A stretch of 64,000 nt of DNA from Takakia lepidozioides (taxonomy: Eukaryota; Plantae; Bryophyta). Numbering within the stretch: the first letter of the stretch is position 1; every line of letters starts with the position of its first letter. A model generated the notes under the pieces. That model was not told the DNA's origin and searched no databases. It saw only the letters and a list, made by a program, of their open reading frames with translations. The position numbers and the translations under genes are program-made. Below, piece after piece: positions 1 to 12,203 of the stretch. The DNA lies in the NCBI GenBank assembly GCA_030704615.1, contig CM060732.1:38564001-38628000 (forward strand). Reading direction: 5' to 3'.

Positions 1-400
1 GTCTTTTGAATGACGTTAGTCCGTTCATACCGGCCTCTTGCTAGTTGAGTCCGTTCAGTCTGCTCAGTCTGGCTAGTCTGCCCAATCTTTTGAATGAGGT
101 GAGTCCGTTCTTACCGGCCTTTCGTGAGTAGTTCTCCTAGTCTGCTCAGTCTAGCAAGTCTACCCAGTCTTTTGAATGAGGTCAGACCGTTCTTACCAAC
201 GTCTCTGAGTTCGGACAGTCTGCTTAGTCTGCCCACTCTCCTGAGTCTGCTGAATCTGCTCATTATGCCGAGTCTGCTAAGTCTACTGAGTTTTGAGTCT
301 GATGAGTGTACTAGAACCAAGACCCAACCTACTTGCGAGTCTGTAGAGTCTGCTGGAGACTCAGTTGGACTGGTTTGCTGAGATGACTATGGGCTGAGAG
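1..400 (+). repeat. Degenerate AGTCTG/AGTCCG-rich short-period repeat, probably intronic in the MULE Ulp1 gene
   Basis: Dense recurrence of agtctg/agtccg motifs. The S/L/R-rich ORFs here are repeat artefacts. The reverse-complement motif (cagact) recurs at 1130-1720 and 3110-3820. Confidence 0.7.
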
Positions 401-439
401 TGTGTTGCGCCCTTGAGACTCATGAGAATCGTCTTGCAG

Positions 440-862
440 GGGGCATTGGAGTGTTGTTGTCATCGACGTGCGGAAAGGCTGCTACACTCACATGAATTCC
501 ATCGAGTCTTTGCATGGTTGCCCATATGTTTTGTCATGGATACGGAAGCTGCATGCAGAGTGTTTGGACTACAATGTTGATTCACCGGGTTGGGAGGAAG
601 TTAGGGCATTCAGTTCAACCAGCCTGAAGTGCCCCAACAGTCATTCAGCTGGGACTGTGGGATTTACGTCATGTCATTCATCCAAGGATATTATGAATGG
701 CTTCAAAGTGGGCATAGTCGAACTTCTTCTAAAAAGGCAGAGAGAGGAATACATTTCACGAAAAACTGGTTTACGTTCAAGTTTGCATTTGGCCAACGGA
801 TGCAGTGTCTTAAGTACATCTTGAATGGTTTGGCCGCTGCTGAGAACGCAGTTTCCTGGTAG
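440..862 (+). pseudogene. Ulp1/C48 SUMO-protease-like catalytic exon (MULE accessory gene), frameshifted
   Basis: After the acceptor cttgcag (~439) it reads GHWSVVVIDVRKGCYTHMNS (His motif). It then shifts frame into PQQSFSWDCGIYV (Gln/Cys motif of C48 peptidases), with a stop at 862. Confidence 0.75.
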
Positions 863-1129
863 ATAGGATGTATGGGCCCGAGATTAGAGGTGCACCATAG
901 GACGCATTTGTCATGTACGCATGCTTTTCAGCATTTGCAACGAAATAAAAGATGACTATGCCTTTGCATACACATCCTATTGGTCGATGATGAGTGCAGT
1001 GTGGAGTCCTCGCTGTAGACTTGTGACAAATTCACTGCATGTTGTTAAGCGGACTTACCCCTGCACAGTGCAAGCACACACAATCATTCTGTTTAACATA
1101 CCAAGGAAGTCCACTGGTCAACAAACAGC

Positions 1130-1720
1130 CGAGAGTCAGCAGACTGCCAGAGTATGTGAAGAGAGTATGCCTAGGCTGGTGAGCAGACGTTATGAGATGG
1201 CAATGTCGGCAGACTGACGAGAGTCCGACAGACTGAGGAGATGGGACCAGTCTGGCAGACTGGCAGATGGGATTGGGAACCATGAGTCATAGTCTGAAGA
1301 GCATGTGTGCTGAGAGTCCAATGGTCAGCAGACTGTCGAAAGTCACCGGAGTGCTAGAGTACAGGCGGATGGCATTGGCCAGTAGTCTGCCAAGTCTGGT
1401 CAGCAGAGTAAGTGAGGGTCCAGCGTACTCAGAATGGTGAATCTGATGGGCAGACCGCATGAGGGTCACTAGTCAGCCAAGTGCATGCCAATTCAGAACC
1501 AGGAGAGTGGTTTGCTTAGGAGACTGTGTACTCCGCACCCTGCATATTTTATTTTCATGCTGATGGACAAGTCAGATTGTTTACAAGCCTATGAGCACAA
1601 TGGCTCGAAGACTGGCAGCAGACTGAGCAGAAGCCTGGTTCAGTAGACTGGTTCAGAAGACTGGTTAAAGATTGGTACAACAGATTGGTTCAGACGCCAC
1701 AAGACTGGTTGGCAGACAGG
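1130..1720 (+). repeat. CAGACT-rich degenerate repeat inside the MULE
   Basis: Many cagactg/agactggtt units between the Ulp1 and transposase 3' ends. Confidence 0.55.
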
Positions 1721-1807
1721 TTGAAAATCTTGTGCACATGCAATCGTACTACATAATTTTTATTTCATCGGGAGAATGATAGTGTAGCATTTCCTACATT
1801 TTTTACT

Positions 1808-4800
1808 CTACTTTACAACTGGTATACGGTCTGCAACCCTCCGGATTGTGGAGTATATGTGTGCTACAGGTGTTGGGTCACCAACTCTCTTCCCTATTTT
1901 GCGCAAGACTCTGGGTCCCGTTTTCCATGCCTCAACGAAATCCCGTTTTTTTTTCAGCGACATATTGTTGTTGTCATTTACAGAACGGGAACTCTTTGCT
2001 GCCACAGGATACAACATTCTTGCAGCACTATTGGCAAGAATATCAACAAGCTGCCCCCTACAGATTCGAAGAGAAGACAACACATGTTTCTCTAGGTATT
2101 TGTCGTCACCAACAATGCGAAGTATGTGTGCAAATGCTTCATCCATGGAGGATGGTACGAGGACAGGCTCCACATCATAGGGGAAGTCATCTGTGGAAGG
2201 GCCATCTATTGCATTTTCCAAACCCTCTTCGTCGCCGCCACTTGCATGAATCCTAAACACACTATGCAATCCTCCATGAATGGTTCCCATCGCCATGCCA
2301 TAAGCGCGCACTATGAGTCAATCCTGCACGTGTGGATGAAGCAACTTCAAGACTCGGACTTGAGCTTGCACAAATTGCCCTTCATTGCCCATGGGCAAGT
2401 GCAAGAAGCCCATTCGCATCCGGGGTTGTAAACAATGTAAGTTGTGTTTGGGTGATTGATGCTTAGAACATAAGCTGGTTGCCTAGGATGGAACGGAAGA
2501 GTAACATTGCAAGTTGGGATGTCGCATACCACAAACACAGAACTGAACATGTACTTATCATGTTTGTCATTCGTTATGAATCAGTGCGTCTTCAGGTGAA
2601 TTGCATACCAGTAGTGTGTTAGCATACGGCCTTTTCCCATATGAGCCAATCCACTCAACGCCGTGTCATTTTGCCTTTCCCCGTCCTCAATCTTGCCTTC
2701 AAGTTCCATGGTATGCCTCAATGCTAGCGTGTGTGTCTTGACTGGCATGCGGAACATGGCGAGCTGTTGTACACCACATTGTTATTTAGGACGCCATTCC
2801 TTATCGATGTAGTCCAGAAATTCATGCCCATTCGGATATTTCTTTATCATGCCGAGGAGCGTTGTTGCTACCCACGCAAGACCTTCTTTGGGATCGTTTG
2901 GTCCACATCTACAGTACATGTTGTCTCCCATATCCTTCAGCAAGTTTGCGGTAGTGATAGGATCTTTGGTTTTCGCGCATGATTGCTTCACCCAAGCCCG
3001 CCGGACATGCCAAAGGCACAGGAAAATGAGTACTCCTCGAAAAACAGCCCTGCAAAGTACACATGCCCACATGAGAGACTTCAAAGAGGACTTCGCCGGT
3101 GGACTTGGGCACTAACCCAGTAGACTCTCTAATGGACTGGTCTGCCCGTTTGTTCCAGTGGACTTGCCCAACTGATTAAGCGAGCAGACTCACCCACTCT
3201 GACCTGCCATGAGTGTTGCCCTCACGAGACCGCCAGCAGACATGACCACGCTGACCTCGCAGCGGACTTGCGTAAGTGAGTCTTGCAACGGACTTGACCA
3301 GAGGGCATTCCGAGCGGACTGGGTTGCCAGCAGACTTCCGAACAGTTCCCTCCAGCGGACTCGCCTGCCAGCGGACTTGCTGGACCAGACTGACCTCGCA
3401 ACATACTGGCGCAAGTGAGTTTTACAGTGGACTGCTTGCGAACAGTCCTCTCCGGCGAGCTGGCCTGCCAGCGGACTTGCCTTTAGGATGTCGGCAGCAG
3501 ACTTACCCAGACTTTGCTGGCATAAGACCCGACCAGACTGACCTCGCATCAGACTTGCGCAAGTGAGTCTTCCAGCGGACTTGCCCTTAGGAGGCCGGTA
3601 GCAGACTTACCCAGATTTTGCTGGCAGCAGACCTGACCAGACTGACCTTGCAGCAGACTTGTGCAAGTGAGTCTTCCAGCAGATTTCGCCAGAAGACATT
3701 ATCAGTGGACTGGCTTGCCAGCAGACTTGCAGAAATGAATGGGCCAGACTTGCACAAATGACTGCGTTGTATAGCAGGGACTTGCCAAAGAGACTGACAA
3801 TGGATGCACGCAGCGGACTTGCACACAAGTGTACATAAGGGTATGTGAAACTTACGTAATGGTGTCTATTTCGGCGTCGGCATCGTCCACGATGAAGGCA
3901 TTGGGATCGCCAGTCCGGCATCTCTGCGAGGAGTGAGTCTCGCAAGGTTGCCATCCACGACATCAGGTCTGTTGTCCGCTCACGCGCGGATATGATGTAC
4001 GCAACTGATCTACCGTTAAGCTACTCGTCGAAGACCATCAACGTGTACAATGGGAACTGTTCAGATGCAGAATGTCAGATACTGCTAATGTGCGCACATC
4101 CACTAGTTCTGCAAGTGGATAAATTGTGAAAGGGATGAAGAGTACCTTGCGGTGATTTGTCCCGAAGGTTGCATCGCATGCAACGATACGGGCATGGCCT
4201 AATTGAAGCATTCATTTTTTCTGCCACTCAGTCTATATGCCAATTGTGAATGTTAAGTCGCCATCGTAGTGCTTGAATGTTGGCGCCAATTTCTCATCTT
4301 GATAGAAGAAGACCAATTTTGGATTTTGGTCTTTCCACATACGGACACTCTCCCGCATCGTTGGCATGTTTTTTGAACGTTTGTCACGCCCATTTTTCGG
4401 CCAGGTTCCGCACATTCCGCTCCAACAAAAAATCGTCCTGTGTCCATGCATCCTCCAACCCAGTGTTGTTCATGACGTGCTCTTTATGTTCCATCATGAT
4501 TTGGGCAACTTACAGGCCTCGGCACAGACACTCCATGACCCATGCTTTCAATTCCTCGCTAATGTTTGGCATAGACGTGGCAAGTGTTCCTGAACTCAGC
4601 GGACTTCCCATGACATGTGTTCCCTTTCGCGTCTGTATGCTCCATGTTGTTGTAGTACGTGAGGACACAAATGTCGAGGGCGAAATAGCATTGCTGGACC
4701 TTGAAATAGCATTGGCAACCACGCTTGTAAAACTCTCCAAATTCCGACTTCTTTTTCATTGGGCCTTTATGAGGGTGAGATGTTCCAGCACCCACAAGAT

Positions 4801-5235
4801 GTCCTCCACGTTTCAGTTTGGGATCCTCCACTATCGCATTGTTGGTGCGCTTGTCATCTGGACTGTAGCAGCATTGATACCTGGACATAAAAATCACAAT
4901 CAATATCCATCGACTTCTGGAAGCATGAAATCACAATACGTGGGTACAAAAAATGGCAACAGACATGCAATCAGACTACAAAAGGACGATGAGGATGGTG
5001 CACACATGATACTGTTCAGAAAATTGTTGGCTCTCGGCTCTTTTAGCATGTCGGGTTGCACTTTAGTATGGGCATTCACCCAAAACTGAGTGGGGTAGTC
5101 CACCAAACTCTCCTCTCTAAGAAGAAAGTCATCAACTCTATCCCACGGTATGCAGGCTTTTTGAACATTCACTCGCGCACCCATATAACCATATTGCGTG
5201 TCTCTCTTCCAATGGAGGTCCTTCGTGTTGAAGGG
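1808..5235 (-). mobile_element. Mutator-like (MULE) transposase gene with SWIM finger, multi-exon, decayed
   Basis: Motifs in order on the minus strand: IPWDRVDDF, KRGCQCYF...HTDAKGNTCHG (FAR1/GCM-like DNA-binding region), FFYQDE..FTIGI, CDATFGTN (first catalytic Asp, ~4155-4185), FLCLWHVRRAW (CxxH), and ASCTCPWAMKGNLCK (SWIM). Several stops and frameshifts. Confidence 0.85.
3110..3820 (+). repeat. Degenerate GC-rich tandem repeat (cagactgacctcgca...gcaagtgagtc units) in a MULE intron
   Basis: Related units start near 3250, 3387, 3535 and 3638, with many gcggactt/cagactt sub-motifs. Confidence 0.75.
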
Positions 5236-5236
5236 T

Positions 5237-5968
5237 CATTATTTCATCCGTTTCAAAACACTGAAGAATCACAAAAACATAACCATGCAACTTGGCATGA
5301 TGCATATATTGCTCATAAATCATCTATATTACTTATTTGGAAGAAATTTGTATTTACTTTTGTAGAAGATAACCTAACGGATTGGACAGATTCAAAATCA
5401 AAAACTCATGAATTAGCAAAACAAATAACAACGATATATGGATGGACACATTTGCAGATGTTAATGATAGTGGTCCAATTCAACCATTCACAAACTTTGC
5501 AAAAAATGAACCATATGATATAATAAATACAGAATTCCATTGCAAACCCCAAAACAATGATTCGACAATACCCGAGGCTAATACATGTAATACATTAGAC
5601 AACATTATTCCAAATTCTAAGTTCTATGGACAATTACGTAAACTCAATCAAGAACAACGTGCTATTTTTTATGATTGTATGCACATAAAACATATATTCT
5701 ATGAAGTACCAATACATTTATTTTTTACAAGAGGAGCAGGCACTGGGAAGACATTCGCGAACTCTATTGCTACTTATCCAAGGTTTACTTAGAATATATA
5801 ATGGACATCTGAAAGCTGATCCATTGAAACAAAAATCAATTTTAATCCATCTCTTGGATCAGAACGATTAGATACACTGGCAAAATCGTTTGACCAACTT
5901 GAACTCATGGTTTTGGACGAAGTATCTCTCATTAGCAACAAAATGCTTACGTTTGCAGACTTAGACAT
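5237..5968 (+). mobile_element. Helitron RepHel fragment (PIF1-like helicase N-terminal part)
   Basis: LFHPFQNTEE..WHDAY, LNQEQRAIF, Walker A IHLFFTRGAGTGKTF (~5710-5757) and Walker B LMVLDEVSLI (~5905-5935). Frameshifted and internally deleted. Confidence 0.8.
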
Positions 5969-6120
5969 CTGGAGCTATTCGCTCCAACGTTAGTGCCGCC
6001 TCCCAGGACGCCGTACATTGGCATGTCCCTAGTCCTGGCCTTCTTTTCTTGTAGGTGTGGTCATGAACCCAAATGGGGCGGTTACACCTGAGTATGCGCG
6101 GAAGGTGGTGGAGTTGGTCT
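5969..6120 (+). pseudogene. Diverged fragment of SDR exon 2 (homologous to 38830-39003)
   Basis: ctggagctattcg.tccaac...gtgtggtcatgaacccaaa...gcggttacacctga...tatgcgcggaaggt..tggtct aligns with the SDR gene, with substitutions and internal deletions. Confidence 0.85.
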
Positions 6121-6360
6121 GATTTTTTCCTACAAGTTCACTTGTGTCGATGTATTTGAGCTTCACGTAAAGTAGTGGAAGGAGATCATTGCCACATGTA
6201 ATATACTTATCTATGAAGGTTGTGATTTCGTCATTACTATTTTTGCCATAAATTGGTGCATTTGCTATCCATAACATACCGTGGTCATGTTCACTTCCTC
6301 TACTTTGAAATTTAGTGACAAAGAAGTAGTCTTGTATGGGACAAAAAATACTTGCATACA
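6121..6360 (-). mobile_element. Helitron Rep (HUH endonuclease) fragment
   Basis: FFVTKFQSRGSEHDHGMLWIANAP...FIDKYITC matches Helitron Rep motif 2 (ExQxRGxxHxH). Confidence 0.85.
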
Positions 6361-6512
6361 AGACTTGTCAAATGGGGGGACTCCACAGTTGACAATATGA
6401 TAACACATGATAATACACATGATAATACATGGCAGAAGGGTTCCCAACGGAATGGACAATTAGAACACTTGGGAGGTCTATGCACTTACCAGCATCCAGG
6501 ACAAGCACTTTG
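6361..6512 (+). repeat. 152-bp near-identical copy of the ABCC last intron/exon junction (18880-19031)
   Basis: agacttgtcaaatgggggg...caggacaagcactttg matches 18880-19031 with only two substitutions seen. Confidence 0.95.
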
Positions 6513-6700
6513 AAATTTGGATAGAATCATCATCTTGTGTACTAGCATCCATTCATATCATACATATTTGACACATTCATCCATGATGTTCATTGTATTT
6601 GGACAAGTTTGGAGGTATCATCCATGGAAAAACATGAATTTACGACAAAAATATTATATTATATTTTTAGAGGTAAAAAATATAAAAATTCGCCAAAAAT
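6513..6700 (-). mobile_element. Truncated, diverged copy of the MITE at 11021-11298, inverted
   Basis: Its reverse complement shares tttttggcgaa, tgtcg.aaattc, catggatga, ccaaactt and gatgattctatccaaattt with 11031-11222. Confidence 0.7.
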
Positions 6701-6854
6701 GAGAACAATGCTCTCGCCATAAATATTGTTGTCATGTTTATGAAACATATAAAAGTAATACCTCCGAAGTATGGCTTGTAGAAGTCTCAAGCTGCAAATA
6801 TACCATACTTGTAGCTAAGAAAAAGTATAGTGTAATAGCCAAGTTCCACGAGTT

Positions 6855-9418
6855 TCACAAAAGACACCACCTCGTTTTCTTGTGCAAAAATTCACACCGA
6901 ATTGAAGTATGAGTGGCGTCGTTGCCCACGTCTCCATCTGTACCTGCCTTGTCACCTTCATCTCCAATTGAAGCCTTCGCCAGAGCGCCAGTGACAACCG
7001 ACTCATCGTCTTCGACATCCTTCCGAGAGCCGTCGAGCAAGGCGGAAGGATTCATCAACACAACGCTTGCGAGGCATTCATGGCGCAAGCGTATGTACTT
7101 AACTCTATCTCCACTATCCCGCTTCACCCCCCGGACAATCCCGATCACGGCGTCGTGCGAGGGTCGTCTTAAAGATGCATGCATGTAATTGGTTTTCTCC
7201 AAAAAATCTTCAATCTCCACCTTTCCTCTGGGAAAGCCCAAGGTGGCCTCAGCCTCCTCGCGTCGCTCGTCTTCGAACGTCGTCCTCATTATGACCGCGT
7301 AGTCCTCTCCCCGTGCCCAATAAAGAGGTTGCTGCAGCTTTTCCCGGTTTGGGATGATGACATTGATTTGTAAGATGAGGGGCTCCCTACCGGCTTGAGG
7401 GATATGGGCGGTGAATTGGGTGGAGAAGGCTGTTTGGTCGGTGACAGGTTTTGGGATGAAGAGTCCAGGCAATTTCAGGGATAGACCCTTCGGGGTTAGA
7501 GTCGCCCGCCCAAAGACATCCCTGACGAAGCCGTCCTTAGGTATCCCCAAAAGAGATTCCGGCGCCCATCGGAAGCCTTCTTTTTGTACTCGGGCATGCG
7601 TGTTGAAGATGATGTCGGAGGGATATTCCTTCAGCATGGACAGGAAGATCACCATACGCTGCTCTTCAAGCTCTTTTCCCTTCCCAGCGGCATCTAGAAT
7701 ATCTTTCGGATCTAGGCCCAATAAACCGCAAATGCACAGCGTCTGATCAGCCAATTTTGAAGTCGTGCGGAACTGGAGCTCCGCGACCATCGGCACCAAT
7801 GCATGGTCGATGGTCTCAAAAAGTCCATCCTTGAGGAACTCAGCAAAGATAACAAACATTTCCATACCGTTCGTGAACAATTTATTTGGGAACGTGATGC
7901 AGTGCCCGTCCTCGGTCGACTCATCCTCGGTCGACTCGTCCTTGTCGTCGTAGCCCAAGATATCTTCACGAAGTCTTAGTGCTTGATCTTTAAACTGCAA
8001 AAGCAACTCGTTTGCGAGGATTCCCTCCTGGAATGTCCACAACCGATGGTTCCAATTGCAGAAATACAGACAGACACTCTTCTGGAGGTCGTTCGCTGTT
8101 GATGGCACTCTTCGAATGTCAGACGATAGCACGAGCACCGCAGACGCATATCTATAAGTACCTTTTAGTCTCCGGATGGCAAGCTTTCGATGCGACTCTA
8201 GATCTTTCGCGACAGGTATACAGAGAGTGTCCATCCAAAAGTGGCTTGGGTTGCCCTTCGCCTTGCCAGATTCTGCAGCTGCGTTCACCATCTTTTGAAT
8301 CTGTGATACTTGGCATCGCCGCAAATAATTATGAGTCCGATTGCCCATTCCATCGGCCCACCTGTTCATACAAGTTTATCAGTTTCACAAATTAAGTAAA
8401 GCCAATTCGATCGGTTGCTGAGGTAGGAAGCTTACACGTGGGAGATTGCTATGTACTGTGGTGAATCCGACTTGTCCTTATCAAAGGTCGCAACTTGTAG
8501 TTTCTGTTCCGCTTCGCTCCAGCAGATGACTGGCGTACCTTTGGCGTCCATGATTGCAACGACACGACTCACATCGACGTAGACATCTTCGCAGCCATCG
8601 CAGTTTTCCGCATGTGCCGTCTCGTACGTCGACTCATCAATATTTTGCGCGACACACATGTCCTCCGTGCAACCCCTGCTCGCGTGCAACTCTTTCCCCT
8701 GCGGATTCGGTAACGCTGCGATATAGTAATGCCCATCGATGCCCATATCCGAGAGACTTCTCCGAACATCCATCGGACACCAACCTTGCGCCAGCATCCG
8801 ATTCTTCAAAAGGATGGAATACCCCCACCTGCTCGCGGTGCGTCTAATGTCGTGGAACGACAGCATGGCTTGCTTGAGGGTATACCCGAGCGCGATGATG
8901 GACATGGAGATCTCCTCGGTGAGCGGCCATTTCGCGTGCTCAGGTTTCGGGATCTCCGTCTCCAGACGAGGACGGCCGTGCGTGGGGCAATAGTAGTTGA
9001 CGTACTTTGATAGCTCCCTCAGGATGGTCTCCGTCTCCTTGAGCCGCCTTTCCAAACGAGTCTTGTGTCGATCCTTCTCTTTCTGGACCTCTCGCCTCCA
9101 TTTGCGTATCTTGGACGGCAGACACTTGGTTGTAATGTACCTTTTGCTTTCATCTAGGAATTCGGCGGGGTTCGCTTTGACCCCGTTCACTGCGAGGACT
9201 TCGATCACGCACCCAAAGTAGAGCCAAGTTTGGAAAAAGTCTCGCACTTCAGCTGCGGATCTACCGCCAAACGAATTTTCACCTCGCAGGTCTTCTTTGG
9301 ACCAGTTCCGCCGACTCGGATAGCATAGGAACCCGCCTTTTCCAGAACGGTACTCAACGGATGTGGCATTTGGGACCCGGATATGTTGAACGCCGTCTGG
9401 CAGAGCGAAGTGATCCAT
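6855..9418 (-). CDS. Fungal-type heterokaryon-incompatibility (HET, PF06985-like) domain protein, 829 aa, two exons (9418-8436 and 8361-6855)
   Basis: Starts MDHFALP and contains FFQTWLYFG and GWCP. Splicing the 74-nt GT-AG intron (8435-8362) restores YIAISHVWADGMGN, followed by FWMDTLCIP, YRYASAVLVL and WNHRLWTFQEG. The spliced length is 2490 nt with no stops. Confidence 0.9.
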
Positions 9419-11020
9419 ATTAAGCAGCACACTATCTCGCAAAACCTTTACTACCACAAGCAATAGTTAAATTTTCCCCTGGAAAGATGGTCTTGTAATA
9501 TTATAACATTAGCGCTTTTCAATCCACGATGGTTGAAACACGAACTGCGTCAAGCAACAAACACCGGATGCCGGAGATTAGTTCAGAACAACTTACGCAC
9601 ACGGCCACAAATCACTGGAGGGAGGAAACAACATGGTGCAGATTTGTGAAATCAGGGCAGAAGTAAGCCCAACTGAGGTCAGAAGGGATACAATACCTTG
9701 GATGGCGAGAACAGCGCCCTGTGATGTCGAAGGAACGATTGCAAAGGCTTGTTCAATATATACTGGCAAACACAGGAGAAGAAGGAGTCAAGGAGAGGTA
9801 GGAGCCAATTTAGCAGCTGACAAAAGGGCTAGGTATTCAGATTCATACAAGAAACAATGCTGTAGAACATGGTGGATTTAAAAAGTGAAGCAACCAAGGA
9901 GCTACAGGTACAACGTTAGCTTCAGTCATGGGACAGTATGGTAAACACAGTGGATTAAGCTCACTGGCACCTCATGCTCAGTGGTAAACGCAGGACTGGA
10001 ATAATGCACACAATGCATGCAATCTGGAAGCAAAGCAACTAAGGGAATTCCACAGACTCAACATGATCAAAACCAGATTAGAAAAGGGCAAGGGGGCAAT
10101 GCAAGAGACTATGGGAACATCACCTGGAGCAACTCGAACTTGGGCTCTTCGAAAAGCGGATGGGCATAGGGTGGGCTAATACACCTTACTACATAAGCGC
10201 CCCATATCTAATTGTTGGGCCATAGTAATTTCTGGACCACTCTCGAATCAGGTCCCGAATGAAACTGCTCTACATATCATATTTGGTATTATACATATTT
10301 GGCCTGAGGTTGAACGTCAAGCCTAAGAGAATATTGTCTCTAGCATAAAGAATCTTATCTTGAGGATAAAACGATTATTTTAATAATGTCTTGGAAAAAT
10401 ATCTTATCTGGAGATTAAATATTAGTCTAAAGTCCTATGGGTTTTGGCATGTTGTCTTCAGGTCATAGTACAATGTGTTTTGCAATCTTTTCCAGAATGG
10501 CTCTTTTTGGCTTCCGTACCTGTGGAGCCCACAGGGTATCGATGGAAGCACGTTGGTGATAAATGGCACACAGTCGCAGGCTTGGGCCTTCCTGTCCTGT
10601 CCTGGACTCCTGGCAGCAGCAGCGAATCATGCCGACAGGCCACAGCCCTGTTTCTCATGTTATTACATACCTTAGTGGGAGGGCTAATCCCGCAGTGAAG
10701 CGCCAAATATTTATTTTCTTTACAACAAAACACTTCGGCACAACTTCAGGAGATTTCTAGATTTTACAGCACTGCCACGAGGAGATTTTAAGTAATTCGG
10801 TGGTGACTCCCTACATGAACTTGCTCTATCTACTGTACCAGACGTGATAATAGAATTATATACCAACAGTCAGCTCAGATGGTGGAGTGCGCACGGAGTG
10901 TCACCCATGATTCTGGGGTCAATTTTCCTACTGACGGGTGTGGTATGGTTCCTGGGCGGTGTCCCACTCATTGGCCTCCATGCTGCATATATGAAAGAGG
11001 TTATTTTTTCACTCACTTAC

Positions 11021-11298
11021 CAGTGTTTTTTTTTTGGCGAAAAATGGCCAAATGGCGACCTAAAAACATTCAAATGAATAATTCTGTCGCAAATTCCCTG
11101 TTTTTTCATGGATGAAATCGCCAAACTTCTACAAGGGGGAAAAAAAAAAGGTGGTTGAATTCACCAGATATGGATGATATAAATGGATGAAAGTACATAT
11201 GAGGATGATTCTATCCAAATTTTCAATGGATGAACAGAATATATAGCTATTTTTTGTAACCACTCGTGCTATTTTTCACATTTAAGAAAAAATCACTG
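11021..11298 (+). mobile_element. hAT-type MITE
   Basis: TIRs CAGTGTTTTTT / AAAAAATCACTG. The flanks ctcacttac / ctcactac form an imperfect 8-bp TSD. Confidence 0.75.
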
Positions 11299-11630
11299 CT
11301 CACTACTAAGGGGCCTGATTTGTGAGCTGTCGCTCCCAGGTGTTTCCTTTTTTTCAAAAAACAAAAAAATATAAATAAATTATGTGGGGAGTCATGAGAG
11401 CATCTGGTCAATCATCAAATGCAGCCAATTATTCTAGGATTTCACAGAGCTAAGGAAAATATTTTCCTAGAGCTTTATGCCTTGAAACATGTATTTGGAG
11501 AATTGATATTTGGAGTTTGTTTGAGATTTTAGGCCTTTTTTTATAAAATTTTTAGAATTTCGGCCGTTTTCCCTAAATTTTCACTTAATTATTAGGCAGA
11601 TTCTTTTTAATTATTTAGTGCCGGATCAGC

Positions 11631-11932
11631 ACAACCTTCCAGAGGGTACTCTAACATTATTTGGATTAAGCAATTTTAAACTTGGCATGCACAACCTTCC
11701 GAAAGGTAACCATTGGAGATGACAGGATGGCAAAAACAACCTTCCGTAAGGTATTACACATATTTGTTTGGATATTATGTAAGTTAAAAAATGATCTAAA
11801 CAACCTTATGGAGGGTATACCAATATGTTTGGATCGAGCAATTTTAAAATTGATATATTGTTTTGTTTATATTCAATCTTAAAATGAGCCTTGTTAGAGT
11901 TAACAATTTTAGAATACCCTCTGGAAGGTTGT
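11631..11932. mobile_element. Foldback/MITE-like element with ~28-bp TIRs and internal TIR-like repeats
   Basis: acaaccttccagagggta.tctaa at 11631 and its reverse complement ending at 11932. Internal acaacctt...ggta copies at ~11691, 11737 and 11800. No clear TSD. Confidence 0.7.
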
Positions 11933-12203
11933 TCTTATCATTCCCCCAAATTGCATAATGGTGAAATGCGTGCAAGGTCCGGACAGGGAAGGGCAAAGGG
12001 TAAAGCAAAAGTTTATGGGCCATGCGCGAGCCAGTATTGGCGAGCTACACGAAGACATGGAGGGGCAGGCCCACGTGTGTGGCCAGGCGTGCGAAGCCTC
12101 GGGAGGTGCGCTGCTGGTAGACGCGCTGCAGGGAGACTAGGGAGCCACCGTCACTACGACGTTGCTACCGACAATTCGCGGGGGCCTTCACACAACATGG
12201 GGT

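Noticed and set aside
4277-5089. 270-aa plus-strand ORF
   Set aside because: Antisense to the MULE transposase exons, with no motifs of its own.
9600-11000. Possible LINE remnants or the missing 5' part of the HET partner gene
   Set aside because: No recognisable motif could be read in any frame.
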